From positions 37,768,304 through 37,832,303 of the forward strand of contig NC_092671.1 in NCBI RefSeq assembly GCF_964355755.1: a DNA stretch of 64,000 bases, in the 5' to 3' direction. Source of the DNA: Antedon mediterranea (lineage: Eukaryota; Animalia; Echinodermata). This document shows positions 1 to 40,200 of this stretch, piece after piece. The notes below the pieces were generated by a model. That model saw nothing but the letters and a program-made list of their open reading frames with translations, was not told where the DNA came from and ran no database searches. Within the stretch, counting starts at the first letter, position 1; each line of letters opens with the position of its first letter. A program made the translations under genes and the position numbers.

Positions 1-1497
1 CCGGGGAAAAAATGTTTGACCTAAAAAACTGTGATTTTAAGCAAAAAATATGTCAATTTTGATTGAATTTAACCATTAATTTTGTCATTTTTTCTGTTTT
101 TGTTCCTACAAAAGTAACTTTATTAAAACTACAAAATAATCAAATTCAAATTTGATTTAATTAATCTTTATTTCATGTTTTTGGGGGACAACACATCTTT
201 GAAAGTAAATAGATAGCCCTAGTAGTACTGTAGTAGGATTGGTTTTTCTATATAAATAAAATAGATATATCACATCATATTTCAAAACCAAAATAGGTCT
301 AGTATGTTATGATGGGTTTGTATAAACCAAGTGTTAATATATTCTAATCTTATTATATCATCATGTACACATGTTTATCTATGTGCACACGATTCCCCCC
401 CCCCCCCTTCTCCTTTTTGATTGTCTGAATGAAGAATATAATGCAAGGCTGCCCTCTACATTCAATAACTATTCTCTTTAAAGTTTCCCAGCTTATCCTA
501 TAATCAAGACTTTACAATGCAAGTGTGATGCCGCACAAGGAACAATACATTACACACTCTTCTATAATCAGCTAATTAACTTGTATTCAACCTGTGACAA
601 TAGCTTCTTTCAGTGATTAAACTAATAGACCTAGAGGACTTCTTGTTTTTGTCAACATTATTTGCCAACGGGAATATTAACTGTAAACTTGTTTTACTTG
701 AATCAACCAAAGATGCATCTATGAAATATCAGTTTAGAAATACGACATCAAAAAGTTTGTTTAGATATTTAGAAAAGTTATTTAGACAGAATGAGGACTT
801 ACGCGACTATTGAGGGAAGTGGTGTTACTAAAGATAGCCAGTCTATGGGACTGTTAGGCTGGTTCCAGGTAGGAAATAACACTAACTTTGTTTAGGGATT
901 TTACTTGGGCTACATGACTGGTAGTAGTAGGTGCTTGGTTTCTAAATATAAAGTGATCCAAACATATTTGCAGCCGTTGTTGAAATAAATTTTTGCATTT
1001 TAGCTTAAAATGCATATCATAACTGGTTAAATGATCGTAACGCATCATAATTGATTGACTTTACCATTGATTTAAGAATGCCAGGATATGATGTGTTGGT
1101 CCTGTATTCTCCCGCATATAAATAGGAAGTACGATATTTAACCAGATTTCCATAAAGCAATCTGGCTTATGTATGGCCATGGAGTAAATTCTTTACTCCA
1201 TGGTATGGCATAATGTAAGGTTGTATGGTATTGATATTACCTCAGTATGATATTTAATCTTTAGCCCATGGGGGTATATTTATATACCTGCACAAATTAT
1301 ACTTGATAATTTCCATAACATATTGCTATGAGTAAGATATGATGATGTTATTTCTTGGTGAAGTCAGTTCTGCTCTGATTCCAGATGCTTAGAATTCTAC
1401 TAGATCATTATAGATATTGTCTTGTCGTTAGCCCATTGATTGTTTAGTTCATTAAAGTGCAATTTAATTAAAGATTTATCATCATCATCATTTCAAA

Positions 1498-1655
1498 AGC
1501 TCTGTCTACACTATAAAACTAGTTTGACAAAAAAGTTTGATGTGCCCTAATATGGTAGTTTATATGTTTAAATATAGTAGTGATATGACATGATGTCCAT
1601 ATATGGGCACATCACATTTTTTTGTCACATAAAGTTTGATAGTGTGGACAGAGCT
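1498..1655. mobile_element. Dominant MITE family (PIF/Harbinger-like), copy
   Basis: TIR AGCTCTGTCTACACTATCAAACT / AGTTTGATAGTGTAGACAGAGCT, TWA flanks, internal GCCCAAATATGGTAGTGATAT unit; about 45 copies or fragments in the window. Confidence 0.85.
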
Positions 1656-2102
1656 TTATACTCTTATATTATATAATAGGCTGGTACTACAGTGAGGACT
1701 CTGCAGAGTCAGTATAGTATTTTGAAAATCTAATAGATTTATAATGATTTATAATTGAATATTGAAATATATTGAATGATTTTAGAGGATTTGTGAGTCA
1801 CTTGACTGTAATTTTTTTCGCTTTTTGGTAATTTAGACTTCTTTTGTATGTTTTGGTACGTTTTTGCATTAACTTCAATTTTATTCAATTCATCTTTTAT
1901 TGGTCTAATTTATATAAAAATAAAAATCAGGAAATCCTTGTTAATACACTTAAGTTTAAAATACACGACAAATGTTTAAAACAATACAAAGAAGAACCGA
2001 CAAAATGTATGCATATTGTGTCGTCCGAGAATCCAACAAAAATACACAATCCAGTATGTCTCCTGCACAATCAATGTATGAATGAATGTAACTTATTCAT
2101 AT

Positions 2103-2266
2103 AGCTCTTTCTACACTATCAAACTCTATGTGACAGAAAAAAATGTGATGTGCCCATATATGGACATGAAGATGTCATATCACTACCATATTTGGGCATA
2201 TCACTACCATATTTGGGCACATCACACTTTTTTTTCTCAAACTAGTTTGATAGTGTGGACAGAGCT
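2103..2266. mobile_element. Dominant MITE copy
   Basis: Same TIRs, internal region in opposite orientation, two 21-bp units. Confidence 0.85.
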
Positions 2267-2900
2267 TTAGGTCCTAGATCAAAGCAAATCAAAATCTCTC
2301 TAATGTTTAGGATAGTATTGTAATACATTTGATAATGAAACTGTAGATGTTGAAGAAGGATGATACCAAACGTTATCATCAATTTAAGTTGCCTATGTTT
2401 GACTTGAGGCAACTCTCTTTGGTAATTAATCTATAGATTACGTATTATAATCTTTCAACCTGAAATAGAGTTTCGTAAAAACGCTATTGTGGATGTAGAA
2501 TTGAAGCTAGCTTACAAAAACCCAAGAGAAATCAAGATCGTATCCAAAATTAATTGCATTGAAATCCACAATTAGTCATTGTTATTACCAAACGACTGCA
2601 AATATATTACATTTTTGTAGTGTTCCTTTAACCCATTTGTTAAGTATACAATTTCCATATGGTTGCCAGGAATGACATTCAGTTATGATTGTAAAGCTTG
2701 GTTCCCACTAGAACGTAACGCAAGGACGTAAACGCAACGCAAGCGTTTTAACCAATGACAAGTTATAGACAGTTTTGTCTTCTTTGTATTGTATATGGCA
2801 GAAAATTGAATTTTAAAAATAATCTATTTGTGTACAAGGCATTTTCCCAGTAGTAAACACATTCATTAATTATTCTATTGACTTAATATCCTTAGCTTAA

Positions 2901-3081
2901 AGATATATTGTCCCCCTAAAAAAATATTTTCTTCAAATTTTTTTTTGAATAATGCCATTTTAATGTCACATAATAGTTATTCACTTTGACCAAAAACTGG
3001 ATCGAAAAACTGCAAAATAGCTTATTTAAAGTCTGATTTTATTAATCTTCATTGTTTATGTTTTTAGGGGACAATACATCT
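2901..3081. mobile_element. TTAA-flanked MITE family A (Kolobok-like)
   Basis: TTAA-AGATATATTGTCCCC ... GGGGACAATACATCT-TTGA; fragments also at 1-198, 31080-31230, 34430-34518 and 42929-43010. Confidence 0.75.
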
Positions 3082-3480
3082 TTGAAATTGATATTAGGTT
3101 ATTATCAAATATAATCTACATTGATAACCAGAAAGAGTAAGTTTAATAGTCGTGATTTTTAGAACCCTGCTTATTTGGCCAAGGTCAGAAATAAGCCATC
3201 CTATAATAAAAAAGAAAGTCAAGATAATTTTTCAAATAGATTCACCCCAGAGCTACTCTTTAAATATCATTAGATATCAACACTATTGGTACAAGTTAGA
3301 TTTACACTTTGCTAATTACTTGGCATTTATGGATTACAAGGTATTGACGTCAGATCGTTTTAATTGTTTTTTCGTCGTCCTATTTCAAATTAATCATTGT
3401 TTTTAACAGTTGTTGTTTACGATATGTTGGTTATTACTTGCTCTGCCATATTTATCATAATTTTTTGTAATGGAATCTAA

Positions 3481-3619
3481 AGCTCTGTCCACACTATCAA
3501 ACTTCATGTGACAAAAAAAGTGATGTGCCCATATATGGACATGATGATGTCATATCACTACCATATTTGGGCACATCAGACTTTGTTTGTCAAACTAGTT
3601 TGATAGTGTAGACAGAGCT
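3481..3619. mobile_element. Dominant MITE copy
   Basis: Both TIRs, TAA/TAA flanks. Confidence 0.88.
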
Positions 3620-4480
3620 TAAGTAAAACAATTTTGTAAATAAAAACTAAGTCATATTTTCTTTTTCTAATTGTTGTGCATATCACACAATATATAAATT
3701 TAAACATTAAAGATTAGTACTTATAGTATTATGCTATATTTAACTTTTAGTACCATATTGTACTGAAACTATGAAATAAATGCTTTTTGTTACATATTTA
3801 GGTAAATATAGATTTCCTACTTTTAATGCTTAATTATCGATTTATTAAAATCAAATTTTACCTGAAAGCTTCAAGAAAATAATGGCATTACGTATGTGGA
3901 TGTCATAAAATATATTTTTACAATTTCCATTTGTTAATGTACTTTAAAAATCAGATAACTAACGAGTTTAAAGAGGAAAAATAATTTTTGGACTCTTATA
4001 TTTATAGTTTAATGTGGTCATATGACGTAAAATTTCAATAATTATACGACATTATTTTTACATGTAATGCAGACGTTCTGTGATTTGAGTGACTTTAAAA
4101 GAGGAGTTTAAAGATGAAAAAAATCATTTTTGGACTTGGATATAAATAATTTAATGGTCATATGACATTATTTTTACATGTAATGCAGACATTTCGTGAT
4201 TTGAGTGACTTTAAAACGAGGAAGAATGTCTGTTTTTGAGTCATTACAAAATCCATAAACGCATCACATTACAATTTGAATATTGAAGGCTTTATTAACC
4301 GTCTCCTGAAGCCTGTAGCATTCTGAATGTGAAGGTATATCATAGCGATCATTTACATTCATATTTGTTATGATCATCATTACTCAAAGTGTTATTGATA
4401 CTGAAAAGCTAGATATTGCGCTTGTTTATAGGTCTAGATGGCGCTGTAGGTTAACGAAAATTTTAAAAAATTGATTTTAA

Positions 4481-4799
4481 AGATATATTGTCCACCTGAA
4501 AAAATAATTTTAACAATTTTTTTTTATTATGCCATTTTAATGTTGCATAATAGTTATTCATTTTGACAAAAAACTGGATCCAAAAAAACCTGAAAAAATG
4601 TAATTTAAAGCAAAAAATACTTAAATTGTCTGTCAAACAAATGAGTTTTTGGTTAGAATAAACAGTTTATTTTGTCTATTTATAAGTGAAATAATATTTT
4701 TTGGGGGTTTTTTTTAGAAGTATATAGAAGTGAATAACTTTTATTAAAACTGCAAAATGGCCTATAAAAAGTTTGATTTTATTATTAGACAATACATAT
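4481..4799. mobile_element. TTAA-flanked MITE family A (Kolobok-like)
   Basis: TTAA-AGATATATTGTCC ... GACAATACATAT-TTAA. Confidence 0.75.
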
Positions 4800-5594
4800 T
4801 TAACAAATTTGGTTTTACAGACAATGGCAATGAAATAATAGTAATATTATGATAAACTAAATGCAACCAAGTTCAATTGTTAATAAAATCATATTTTTTG
4901 TGATTATTTTTACATTATTTATGAAACTTTTGACTCCTAAACAAAAGTTGTATTTATGATTGATCCAATGATGTCAAAGAAACTTCTCGTGTCGTAAATA
5001 ACTGTCGTAAATCGCGTGTTGATTGTTTTTGAAAATTTCATATCGTACGGTAAGCATCTTACTAACAAGATTCACTCCCATTGACAGAGAACAGAATATG
5101 AAATTGTGATGTTATTGTTAGTATATCATTATTGTTATTCTAAAATGGTGCATTAAAAAATAACGGTTTGGATACAGATATTACAAAACAATAATTACTT
5201 ACTAAAATTAGAAAAGTGTCCATTTTTTATAATTAAAGTTTATAATGTACTGGATTGAACAGAAGATTGTAAAAACAATATTGTAAAACTTGAGTTCTGT
5301 AGCACTATATTCGCATAATTACAATGATTAGTGGGCTGTTGATTGTTGGAAAGGTTTTTTTCCCATTAATTAGTATTACTTTTCCTGTTGTTGATGGTTA
5401 ATATAAACATCTTTACATTATACTCCTGACAAACTGAAATCTAATAATTAGACTCATCATTTGTTTACACTGTTTCCTTAGCAATACCCATGGTACACCT
5501 ATTACTAATAACCGACTTTAACAACTCTACGTCAAAAATAAATATTTTATCGTGGATTAAAAAGTAGAACGTTACGATTTTAAGAGATGTGAAA

Positions 5595-6055
5595 GCAAAG
5601 TTGGTCGTAAACTAAACCGGTAGTTAGAAATTTCAAACAAGAAAATAGCGAAGTAGCACAAGTTTGTTTTTTTCTGATGGAAATTGAATCTGATTGTTTT
5701 GTGCAGCAAGTATTAGTGTAAAGTTTTACCCGATAGCTTCAAGAAAATAATGGTATTATGCATGTTGATGTCATAAAATATATTTTTTAATGTACTTTAA
5801 AAATCAGATAACTAACAAGAAAATGTTTTTTTTTCTGGTGGAAATTGAAGCTCATTCTTTTGTGCAGCCAGCATTAGCGTAAAGTTTTACCTGTTAGCTT
5901 CAAGAAAAGAATGGTATTACGTACATTGATGTCATAAAATATATTGTTATAATTTGCTTGTACTTTAAAAATCAGATAACTATTAAACAAGAAAATTGTT
6001 TGATATTTTTTTCTGATGGAAACTCGAAGCTGATTTTTTTTGTGCAGCCGGTATT
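5595..6055. repeat. About 160-bp unit tandem repeat (roughly 3 units), extra copy at about 3855-3965
   Basis: Recurrent AGCTTCAAGAAAATAATGGTATTA...TGTCATAAAATATATT...TACTTTAAAAATCAGATAACTA and GATGGAAATTGAA.CTGATT..TGTGCAGC. Confidence 0.75.
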
Positions 6056-7641
6056 TCTTATTATAAGAAAATTTCAAATAAATTTTTGATAAATTGCAGA
6101 TGTCAGTCGAGAATTGCCTTATCGGTATAAAATATATTTATACGTAATGGTTCTATGGAGTTGCGTGATCCTACTGACCAGGCGCCCCCTGCATTGTCTT
6201 CTAATCCTTCTTATTGTCGCATTTGATTATTTTCTGGCAGTGTATACATCGCAAGTTGTAGGTTGTTCATTAACACTTGTTTTCATGTTTGATATTTGTA
6301 CTGTTGAGTGTGACAGGAATTATTAGACTCAACAGAGAAGAATAATGATGGCGCGATGATGTTACGAGAATGAATTCCGTGTACAGTACGTCAACATTGA
6401 CCTATAATTCTCTTTTTAGTTCGCAAAAAACTCGACAAACATTTTCATTACAAATAGAACTTTGCATTTACAAAACAAATCAACATCAGTGATAATCAAC
6501 TGAATTAATTAATTAATTTAAATGTGTACTTTTTTTTAAACTGTTTTCGAAAAACAATTGTGAACAATTGAATGTTGTAATAATAATAATAAAAACTTTA
6601 TTTAATCACGGTAACACTTGTTCACCTCAATGGTGTTTTTCGACAAGGCCGTAAGACATTATACAAATTTAGCAATTAAACAATTAACAACAACAGTTTA
6701 TCTTAATTTACACTTAAACTTGAATGAATTAGAATTTTACAATAGATTGTAAAAGCCAAATTTACAAAAGAATAAACATTAAAATGAACAGAGCATAAGT
6801 CTATTTTTACTTAAATAATTAAACCTAATACTAAAGATATTAATTAAATTATTATTAATAAGAATTTAACTAAAAACTGAAAATCTTAATTTACACAATC
6901 TACATTAATATTAAATTACGGCATAGAGATATTATAGTGAATAATAATATCTCTAAGATTACAGTAAAATAAATTAGAAACTTTAAAATTTGTACTAGCT
7001 ACAATTGTCTTTTACTTTTATTGTTTCTATTACCATGGTACGTTCATTTTGTTTTTACAGTAAATATTATTGTATGTTTGATGGAGTAAATTTATGGTAC
7101 AAAGATAATAAAATAAAACCAACTACTATGATTAAAATTGTTATAGCAAGCAAAGTAAAATCATTTTCTTGCGAGGGTATATTATTATTATTACTTTTTC
7201 ATAAAACAAATTAGAAACTGACAGAGGTTATATTTATTGTCGCAGAAACATAAATTTGAGATTCACATTGATTTTTTGTATGAACTATGTGTGATAATGA
7301 TACTGTAGTCAACGAATAACAATTATGTGTTTATTTGTTGTTAGTCAAGGAGGATGCTGGTTGTGTACTTTGGTTGTTTTGTCTGTATAAACAGACCCTG
7401 TAATTTTGATACACAATTTGCATTGAAATCTTTAGGAAACAATATTTTGCAGGTTGTCTGTTTCAGGTTTCTTAATTAAGTTTTATCTAAATATTTCACA
7501 AATTTATCTTAAATATTTATCATATCAAATAATCTTCTGTCATGTTGAACATCTTATAACTTATTATCAAGATTAGTATTGAACTATATTACACAACCCT
7601 TACATATTGTCACTTATTCACAAAGGTGCGAGAAACTGTTA

Positions 7642-7775
7642 AGCTCTGTCTACACTATCAAACTAGTTTAAAAAATGTTATGTGCCTAAATATGGTAGTG
7701 ATGTGACATCATCATGTCCATATATGGGCATATCACATTTTTTGTCACATAAAGTTTGATAGTGTAGACAGTGCT
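7642..7775. mobile_element. Dominant MITE copy
   Basis: Both TIRs, TTA/TTA flanks. Confidence 0.85.
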
Positions 7776-7938
7776 TTAATCGATGTGCAGTGTTGTTAAA
7801 GGTAAAAATCGAGTAATTGTAAACCGTGAAGATGGAAAGATGTGGGATATATCCGGCGTTATCAATCACGAATTGATTCCGCTACTCCATCTCGTTTCTA
7901 TTCCCTTGACTTATTCACTTTTTATTCGTGTTTTTCAG

Positions 7939-34669
<26,731 letters not shown>

Positions 34670-36097
34670 ACACACACTGAGCATGCTCAGTAAACAATGT
34701 ACATTTGTCATAAAACAAATTAAATAAAGGTGTATTAGTCATTATACACAATTTAAAACTGACCAAAAATAATTTGATTTACACTGAATTAACAGTCTGT
34801 TCATAACTCAGGTATATTGTGATTTTCATAAAATTGTCATGATGCCATTATTGCAGTGATACCATTTGCAATGCCGTGCAGGTCAAATTTTTTTTTTTGA
34901 TAATTGTAATCTTGGATTTAATCCTAAAAATAATAATCTTTAGAATGTGTTCAGATGTTTGTACATGGTCATGTGTTTACAAACATAATCAGGGAATCGG
35001 TTGACGGCAATTGCTTGTGAGAGTTTTCAGAGAGATACAGTAATCCGTTGAAATGCTTTGCCCTAATACACTGTACACTAGTTTGCCGTTTTCGTGTTGA
35101 ATGACAACACACAGTGAGGTTTTTTGTTTGTGTTTAGTGAAATAACACGCAGTAAGGCTTTCTTTGATTTTGTTTATCAAAACATGGAACTGCTGCAGCA
35201 TGTGCATTTATTATATATTGATATCTTTAATTCATCTTTCTTTCGCAGTATAAAATAGTTTATTAATCTTATTTTTTACAAATATAAATGTTATCAGGGA
35301 AGAGCAGTACAGTTGGATGTATGAAGAGAACATGGAGGAAATATATATATATATATATAGATAACAGGCAAAGAGCATTAATTCTAAACTGCCTGGTGAT
35401 ATACATAATTAATTAATTAATTTAAAACGATAAGATGAGAAAATCTGTGAGAATGAGTCATCCCAACCGAGATTCGAACCCGGAACCTTCTGCAATGAAA
35501 TGTATATATATAAATACAACAGGCAAAGAACATTCATTCTAAACCGCCTGGCGATACAGTGTACTAAAATTTACTTAACTAATTTTTATATATATATATA
35601 TTTGCTCCATCGAGAGAATAACTTTTATTCTTCAGTTTTATTATTAATATTTAAAGTCTTTCATGATTCTCTTGCCATTATTAGCTGTTTTTATTAGGTT
35701 TTATGATTGTTCGTAATCTGAGAAGAAACCGAATACATTCATCATTCACTTGATAGTCATTTTAATGTTGCAACAGCTGTTTTCATATCACATTTTGGCC
35801 TATCACATTATAGATAGAAAGAATATTATAATTGAAAATATTATGTAAAATATTCCATGTTAAATAACATTTAATGTAAACCTTGATTTATAGTGTATTT
35901 GTATATTTTATGTGCATTACTTTTTTTTCTGTAAAATTATGTGTAACATAATCTTTAAAAATATTATGAAAGTAGTTTTGTATTATAAAAGTGTTGAGCA
36001 GAGAAAAAAAATATTTATTAAGACATTTGAAGACTTTTGTTTAAGTCATGTTTAATAACAGAACCAAATAGGATGGGGAGATATCATTTCATGCTAA

Positions 36098-36230
36098 GCT
36101 CTGTCTACACTATCAAACTTCATGTGAATGTGATGTGCCCATATATGGACATGATGATATTCATATCACTACCATATTTGGGCACATCACATCTTTTTTG
36201 TCAAACTAGTTTGATAGTGTAGACATAGCT
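36098..36230. mobile_element. Dominant MITE copy (in probable DPP 3' UTR)
   Basis: Both TIRs; upstream of AATAAA near 36378. Confidence 0.82.
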
Positions 36231-36516
36231 TTAGACGTAATTGCTAATTCACAGTGTAGTGCTTTTGTGGTTGCTTTTGAAAAGTTGTTTTATTTTGTGT
36301 AAAATATATAAACTGTACAGTATTGCAGCACTACATATTTTATATGGTTATATTATAATTATTGTATAAATGAGATAAATAAACTGAGAGAAATAAGAGT
36401 GTTTTTGCTATTTATTTCAGATACGCTTTAATATAAAGTTACAACGCTAGTAAAGTGTGATTTTATACTTTTGACTCTTTAATTAATTATTCAGTTATAA
36501 TTTCTCCATACAATAA

Positions 36517-36725
36517 GATGTAGCTTGGTGGTTAACATGCTAGCCTTCCGATCCCAAGGTCCAGGAGGGTTCAATCCAGACCTACAAGTGCCCATTAACT
36601 TACAACTCTTTCAACTCCACTCCCTAAGCCTCAAATGAGACTTAGTTTAGAAGCATGATAAAGTATAAAATAGTTTATCCATCCTGTAATTGGCGAGTTA
36701 CTCACTGTTGGATGCGTATGAAATT
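36517..36725 (+). mobile_element. tRNA-derived SINE family 2
   Basis: TAGCTTGGTGG box A, GGTTCAATCC box B, body shared with 26355-26540. Confidence 0.7.
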
Positions 36726-36818
36726 AATTAGTTATTTTGGGGTAACAATAGCTATTGTTTTGGTTCATTATACCATTACAAATATTGAGTACCCCTACAT
36801 TATGGACATGTGTGAATG

Positions 36819-36949
36819 ACAGGTGTTTAGGAGTGGTAGTTCGAAAGCGCAAACTAGTTTGACAAAAAAGTGTATTGTGCCATCATTATGTCCATATATG
36901 GGCACATCACATGTTTTTGTCACATAAAGTTTGATAGTGTAGACAGACA
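36819..36949. mobile_element. Dominant MITE, variant-end copy
   Basis: Left end ACAGGTGTTTAGGAGTGGTAGTTCGAAAGCGC replaces the TIR; right TIR normal. Confidence 0.75.
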
Positions 36950-37269
36950 TTAATATTGACTAAAAAGTGTCTTTATGGTATCATGATTTTACCATGATCA
37001 GTGTTAGCAAAACATTAGGTAAGCATTCAATTCATTTTCTTTACTAACAAATAAATTTACAAAATAATACCACTCAAATCAACCACTTTTTTCTCTATAA
37101 ATGTTAAGTGTTTATTTTCCCCTTGGCAAAAATTGATGATGCTGGAAAATTTTTTATTTATTTAATGTAATTCTGAATGTACCCTCATTTATTCACAAAG
37201 TTATATACATTCACTTGATCTGCCATTGTCTATCTTGTTGACTTCAGCACATACCCTTTTTTTCATTTT

Positions 37270-40200
37270 CTAAAATTCCCCAGTTTTATCTGAAAGTCAA
37301 CAAATCAAAATATTAGGATTCAAATTTAAGTTTGCCATTTTATTTTTATGACCGTGTGAAGATGTTCTTGAAAAGTGATAAATTATTTGATTTCTTACCA
37401 CTTTCTTCAATTTTTTGTCTCTGCCAAGTTGCTTCAAGCCTTTTCACAAATTTCTCAAAGATTTCAACACTCCCAGCCATTCTTGTTGTTTTATAATCTA
37501 CATAATAGAAAAAAGAACAGAAATTGTAAGAACAACTACAGAAAAGATTCATTTTGTTTATTATTGTTGGTACAACATTTGTTCAGATTTTGCCATTGTT
37601 GTACGTCCTACATCTTGTTATGTGATCTCTGTTCTTTAGTATGAAAACATTTAAAGAGAAGATGAATAAGGAATAAATGGTTAAATGCCAGTATCCAAGT
37701 AAGTATGTATCCTAGTTAATTAGGATGAAAAAGAAAAACTGATAGATTGATTTATTGATGAATAAAACCACAAATGTTTTTTATAAGTTTTATTTATTTT
37801 CATCATTTTTTTGTTAAGCTCTGTCTACACTATCAAACTAGTTTGACAAAAAAAAAGTGTGATGTGCTCAAATATGGTAGTGATATGACATCATCATGTC
37901 CATATATGGGCACACAAAGTTTGATAGTGTAGACAGAGCTTTAGTCTCTTAAATTTGGTGGACAAAAACAATTGTATAAAAAATTGCTATTAAACTGCTT
38001 TGGCCGGATATATTTACAGCGCCTTCACTACTACAGTACTTTATCTGATTTATCACCAACTTAAAGCGACTATTAAAATTACTATTCGAAGAAATTAAAA
38101 ACAATTAAAATAATTTACAACCGGCTATCAATCGTAAATCGCACTCACCTTTGACCTTCTTTTGTTTCGGTACGTCTTCTCCGGTGCTTTGCATCTCTTT
38201 AAATTTCTGGTTAATTTCATCGCATAATTCACTAAAATATAAGTGTTTTTTGTTACATTTTCTAATTAATAATAATTTTTAATTTTAATTAACAAAACAA
38301 ACTTTATGTGACAAAAATTGTGATGTGCTCATATATGGACATGATTATGTTATATCACTACCATATTTGGACACATAACATTTTTTTTAAGTGTAAACAG
38401 AGCTTTATATCGGTTTTGATAAATACACACTAAACAAAAATGTCAAACCTGACAATGGGAACACTTGTAGGGTCAAACTCGTCCAATTTATCAACATCCA
38501 TTGGAACACAAACACGACCCGTTTTTGGATGGACACAAAATGGACTTTTCAAAAGATGGTTGACACCAGTGCTCACGTTCACATCCAACCTAGGGTAACA
38601 GTATTGCATTTTAATCTCGGCTATACAGTGTTTTAATTTTTTATCACTGGTCTATAAAGAAAAAAATAATAGTATGATTTTAAGTTTAATTTTATAATAT
38701 CATTTTTTTCACTTTTTCATTTTAGAAAATGTTTCTTTGGCTGTGTGAGTGTGAATGTACCAGGGGTAGATCCAAAGGGTTGCGCTTTGGACATGCGCCC
38801 CCTTTTGACAGACAATTTTTAACAGGCTATTAATATTATTATATTAAGAAACAACAATATCCTTTGTGTTCCCTTTTATAGAGTAAATGTTCTCAAAAAT
38901 GGTTACATCAGTAGATTAAGTTTATATTATAATAGTTTAGTCCAGGCCCATCCCCATATTGACATTTTTAATTCCAATCTTTATCTGTTTCGTCGTAATT
39001 TAAGTGTTTCTGAGTTGTTGTAATTGTATTGTATCTGTTAAACCAAGCTGTAAGTGGCGGATTTGTTTCTGCTGTTGTTTCTGGTTTTAAAAAAAAAATA
39101 TAAAGAAAATAAATAAATAAAATAAAATAAAATATGTTAGCTCCCCCGTTTAAAAAATCTTGGATCCGCCCCGTGTACAACCACACATTATGATCGACTG
39201 TATAACTTTATTTTTTTTTAAATTAATAAAAATCACATAAATCCTGTCATATCACTACCATATTTGGGCATATCACTACCATATTTAGGCATATCACTAC
39301 CATATTTGGACATATCACTACCATATGTGGGCACATCACACTAGTTTGATAGTGTAGACAGAGAGCTATAGAATGAAATTCTTTGTTTCACCTTTGCATG
39401 CTCCTCTTGTACCATTGTAATAATTCTATTCCATATGTCTGCTGGGTCTGTCATTTGCAAAACTTCTTTTGCGATTTTTACTTTCAGATGTAAACACACA
39501 AAAATTAAGGAAGAAAACTAGAAAATTTACTCAGTTGTTATAACCCAAAAACAAGTCTTTTCAGATAAGGAATATAAACTGTAGGTCGGGTGTAGACATC
39601 TGGCTCATGTGCACTTTAAAGAACCTAGTACATCTTTTGAGACAAATAGGAAGGGGGTTACCCTGGTGTACTAGTACATACACAGCCACTGTCACAAAGA
39701 CAGAATAACTCATTAAGAGGGCCCCTTGTTTGTCTCCTATTGAGGGTCACCCTCTATAAATAAGGTTAAATAAAAATAAACTAACATAAAGGATATTATC
39801 AACTTGGATTAACTGGAGGACCTTTTTCAGGTTGTCTTTTCCTGTCACAATTCCTTGTTTTTCTATTGCATACTCATTGAAATAACTATCAATCACTTTC
39901 TTAGCTTCACTGAAAAATAAATTGATAAAATAATATACATACGTTTCATTATATGTTTCACAGCGAGCTAAAGATTCCCCATTGCATGTATTATCTAAAA
40001 ATTTGTTACCCATTGTTGGATCTATCATTATTGTTTAGCTCTGTCTACCCTATCAAACCCCATCAAAAGTGTAATGTGCTCATATATGGTAGTGATATGC
40101 TTAAACATGGCAGTGATATGACATCATCATGTCCATATATAAGCACATCACATTTTTTGTCACCTAAAGTCTGATAGTGTAGACAGAGCTTGAATTACAA

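Noticed and set aside
37346-37398. PRIM1 ending by read-through of exon 11 (GKKSNN...RS)
   Set aside because: A canonical donor at 37398 and a final micro-exon DKTGEF* match the vertebrate PRIM1 C-terminus better; intron retention cannot be excluded.
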